A DNA stretch of 64,000 nt from the human T2T-CHM13v2.0 reference genome, Homo sapiens. The DNA is taken from NCBI RefSeq assembly GCF_009914755.1, contig NC_060939.1; one strand, given 5' to 3'. The translations under genes were made by a program, and so were the position numbers. Under the pieces are notes generated by a model that saw only the letters and a program-made list of their open reading frames with translations, was not told the DNA's origin and searched no databases. Shown here piece by piece: positions 58,520 to 64,000 of the stretch (its first letter is position 1; the number at the start of each line of letters is the position of its first letter).

Positions 58520-58590
58520 TTAGGTTGGTGCAAAAGTAATTACCATTTTTTTTAAAAAAGGCAAAACCACAATTACTTTTGCACCAATAG
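58520..58590. mobile_element. Made1 mariner MITE (miR-548-type palindrome)
   Basis: TAGGTTGGTGCAAAAGTAATT...AATTACTTTTGCACCAA; perfect 17-bp inverted repeat at 58525-58541 and 58571-58587. Confidence 0.9.
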
Positions 58591-59081
58591 CACATTTGCC
58601 CTTGTTTGGTCTCTAAAGATGGAGACCCTTTGGTTAGCATCCTTTTTATGAGTCAAGCTAATATACCCACAGCTCAACTTTTTGTTCTTGAGCTTGAATC
58701 ACATCACTGGCAATCGGCCGTAGGGTTCTGCTGCTTGGACCCCAAAGACAATGACATGGAAAAACTCCAGCTTAATTATGTTCTTTTTTGTTTGTATATG
58801 TAAATAGTTTTTAGGAATGTAGATTATTATTTTGAAATCTGTGGTAACAAATGTGAAAACCACTACATTTTATTTATTTTCATTGAATAGCAAATAATGT
58901 TGAAGCCTGGGATCTAAAAAGTTAAATATTATTTTATTTTGCTTAATAAAGTATTGGATAATTTAGAAAAAGAATTTTTTTTTAATGATTGGATAGTTAC
59001 CTTATTAATGGATTGGTCAGGGAGAAAAAGCCCTGTTGGATGAAAACTGTCATATATGTGACTTTTAAAGTGAAATTAATA

Positions 59082-59212
59082 AGCCAGGCATGGTGATGTT
59101 CCCCTGTAGGCCCAGCTACTTGGGAGGCTGAAGTGAAAGGATCACTTGAGCCCAAGAGTTCAAGAACAGCTCGGACAACATAGCAAGACCTGTTTCTCTA
59201 AAAACAAAAAAC
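59082..59212 (+). mobile_element. Alu monomer (FLAM-like)
   Basis: Single diverged monomer with A-rich tail. Confidence 0.85.
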
Positions 59213-59225
59213 AGTAAAAATCTTA

Positions 59226-60209
<984 letters not shown>

Positions 60210-61000
60210 TCACTTGCACACTTGTTTGGAAGTCTCTAGAAATTTTGTGAATCGGTTTCTTAAATATATTTATTAAAGACAGTTTTGAAGTAGCAATGAG
60301 GGAAGTTTGTTTACCATTCATCAGGAAGAAAACCAGAGCTGTAAGCTCTTACTTTTAGTATTAAAATATGGCTGTGAAGGAAAAAAATAAATGCCTTAAA
60401 GACAAATAATGGAATGAGGAGCTATAGAACAAAGTGACATAAGGCAATTTTGGTTGAAAAATAGAAATGCAATTAATTTAGATTCCACTAATTTGTTTTA
60501 ATCCATCTAGAGTTGAGGTTTACCTCTATGAAGAAAAGAATACTAAAATCTATTAAGATATGAGGTAGAGATCAGACTTTTTAAGAACTTTTAATGTTTT
60601 TACCATTTGCAAATGGCATTTATAACTTTCGTATACATAGTAAAATTATGTATACAATAATTAAATCCTCTTAGATTCTCTGCTTTGTAATGGCAATTAT
60701 TATTTGTACCTCTAAGTAATGATCTATTTGTAAAAAATTTTCTACAGCGCCTCTTGAATTAGACATCAATTTAATGCATTCTGAGAAATTAGTAAATTTT
60801 TAACGTATTTCTAGTTGAAATATTGGGTTCTTTCAGGCAAGTATATGTATACCCTAAACTTTCTTTGGAAGTTCTGGATCCTAGCAACCATAATATAAAA
60901 ACTTTGAATTCATTTGTACATGACGAAATGAGATAGCCACGATAGGTGTTAGAGGACTTTTACCCAGTGGAGGAACATGTTTTACTCTGCTGCATTGGTC

Positions 61001-61332
<332 letters not shown>

Positions 61333-62518
61333 TAATGTACGTGAAATTATTGTATATGCCTTCTTGTATATGAGAATTACCACTTCTACATATATATTGG
61401 AGGGCAAGTCAAGTAAGTGTGACAAACATTTTTCACTAGGCTAGGCCAACTCATGTCTGTGTTCATGTTGAGAAGTAATTCTATAGATAAGGCAGAAGAG
61501 CAGACAAACTCAGGATACAAGTGTGCAAAGATGTATAACAGACATGTTGATCATTGTATCATAGCATTTTTATAATAGCGAAAGAAAGAAAAGAAAGGGG
61601 AAGAGGGAAAATGAAAAAGAAAAAAACAGAAAAGATTCATATGCCCAGGAAAAAAGTCTGGGAGAGTATGTACCAAAAAATGTTTAAAAACTTTGATTAC
61701 AATGGTTTTGCATGGGTGATGAGGTCATAGTGGTTTTTGATTTTGGGGTCTTTTATTTGTCTATATTTAAAAAGTTTTCCATTGATAATTTTTGCAATGA
61801 AACAGGTATTTTAATGGAAATTATAGGTGTAGATGATATGTGGAATGTTTATGCTAGTCAGAATTTTTGGTGAAGATAACAGAAATTTACCTTGACCAAC
61901 ACAAGAAAAAGGCAATTTTTATAAGTCTGTCACAGAACCAAAGAACAAGGTCCAGGAAAGAAGAAGCCAGGGAAGCTGGCAATTTGGAGCACAGCCAAGA
62001 TGGTCCCTGCCCTAGGTAAAGTCTTCAGAGGACCTCACACCTCAGAAGTCATCTCTGCTATGGGCTGTGAATCCCACCATACCTACAATGATCTCAGCAT
62101 CCTGCCTTTTTGTGTCACTCCCTCGAGGTTCAAAGCCCTTGGCAAGAACATTTGCAGATGCCCCAGCTGTCAGAGAGAAAAGATTATCTTCCTCCTTTAG
62201 CTTCCACAGTGGGATGTGTGACCCTGCCTCCTGCCTATTTTAGGACTCTGCCTAAACTAAGTGTTCTGGTGCTAGGTGACCAAAACCAAAAATCCACGAA
62301 CATGTTCTAACAAAATAATGCTGTGAAGGTTTCCTGATGATCCATGTTACTCCCATAGTATCTCCCCTCTTCCTCCCTACTACTTACCAGCAAGAGACCG
62401 TACCACCTATTTAGGATCAATGTAAAGCAGAGCTAATATCTGAAATCCCAGTTTCTTTTCAAATGCTTCCCTTTCCAAATTTGAAGCCAGAAGAAACAAT
62501 GTATCACTGCTGATGTCA

Positions 62519-62884
<366 letters not shown>

Positions 62885-63600
62885 TTAAGATTTGGAAAGG
62901 AAATGTCCCTAGTAGAGATATTTGATTTAAATTACAAGGAATTTAGTTCTAAGGGATAATCGACATATTTCATAAATAAATGCAGATATCTCTAGATATC
63001 AAATGATAAAAGATCTTGAGCAGTGATGGATTACTGCTAATGGGTTTCTGTCTGCTACTCTGAGCACAGTTCAGGCTCAAGAACTGACATGAAGGGTTTG
63101 AGAATTTAGTCAAAATCTGGAAGTAGGCAGGTGGTCACAGGCTAAGAGTTCATAACCGGATGCAGTCGTTGAAGGACAATTGTGAAGAAAAAATGCTGAT
63201 GGTGAAACGAATGCAAAAACCACAAACACATTGAAGAGGCCTATATTCCTGGGAACAAAGAGGAAGGTTATCAATGATGTGCTTGTAGAAAACATATTAA
63301 TACTGGAATATGGTCTTCTTTCCCATCATTTCAGGTCAGTTAGCTTAGATTACTATTCAGCTAGAAAAAACAAATGATACCCTTGCAAGGACTCTGAACA
63401 ATATTGGAATTCAGCTGTTTTGTTTCTAATAAAACATGGTTTAACTGTTACATGAATAGAAGTTCCTTATAAGTGCCAATTACTTCTTTCCAGAGAAGCA
63501 GTGCTAAAGATTCTGTTCATTGGTACACTAAGTGTTCTTCATGACCCAGTGTTTTATTTCCTATAAGTTAGCTTTTTTTCTCAGATGATTTAATGAAAAT

Positions 63601-63974
63601 TATGGCAGTCTGCTCATTGTTCAGCAAAATCCATTTCCTCTTCTCCTTGAACACAAAGCTTGACTCTGTTTCCTAGATGGCCCTTGCAGTTAGTTGGGGC
63701 CATGTGACTGGGTTCTAGCTTGTTGATTATAAGTGGAAGTGATGCTGCCACTTAAAGGCTTGAAAGTGCCACTGCATACTGACTGAGATGCAGTGGAAGC
63801 CCTGTGTTTATGAGGTGGACCCCCTCTCAGGCTGAAATGTCTCTTAAGAGTCATTTCAGCAACCTATTTACTTGCCCACCAAGAGAGAAATTGTGACTAA
63901 GAAACTTTTATGGGGCTGTGCCATTATGTGCTTGTATCCGTTTGTTACTGTAGCCTATGCTAGTAACTAACACA
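63601..63974. mobile_element. MLT1-family MaLR LTR
   Basis: cccttgcagttagttggggccatgtgactgggttct...tttgttactgtagc...actaacaca. Confidence 0.7.
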
Positions 63975-64000
63975 ATAATAAAGGTTTTTTTCAGTCTTAG

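Overview
Human (primate) genomic DNA containing the complete ANP32A gene (acidic leucine-rich nuclear phosphoprotein 32A, pp32) on the minus strand. I reconstructed seven coding exons by hand from GT-AG boundaries: 55308-55255, 22492-22343, 22108-21986, 19168-18970, 17626-17529, 15046-14983 and 14715-14654. They total 750 nt, encoding 249 aa plus TAA (LRR domain, acidic tail, KRKR NLS). Intron 1 is about 32.8 kb and holds the MIR4312 hairpin. A ~4.3 kb CpG island with three phased CCAAT boxes covers the promoter, exon 1 and the start of intron 1. The rest is typical repeat landscape: about 25 Alus, old L1/L2/MIR fragments, four solo LTRs and several DNA-transposon MITEs, including a Made1 (miR-548-type) hairpin. 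Nearly all other entries in the ORF track are Alu-derived or GC-rich noise. I see no novel protein-coding system. The best leads are regulatory hypotheses: a G-quadruplex/C-tract module abutting the proximal poly(A) signal, two candidate stop-containing (poison) exons in intron 1, frame-preserving splice options that could tune the acidic tail, an intronic CTCF motif, and antisense splice signals in the CpG island. Repeat subfamily names and the locus annotations come from memory of consensus sequences, not from a search.
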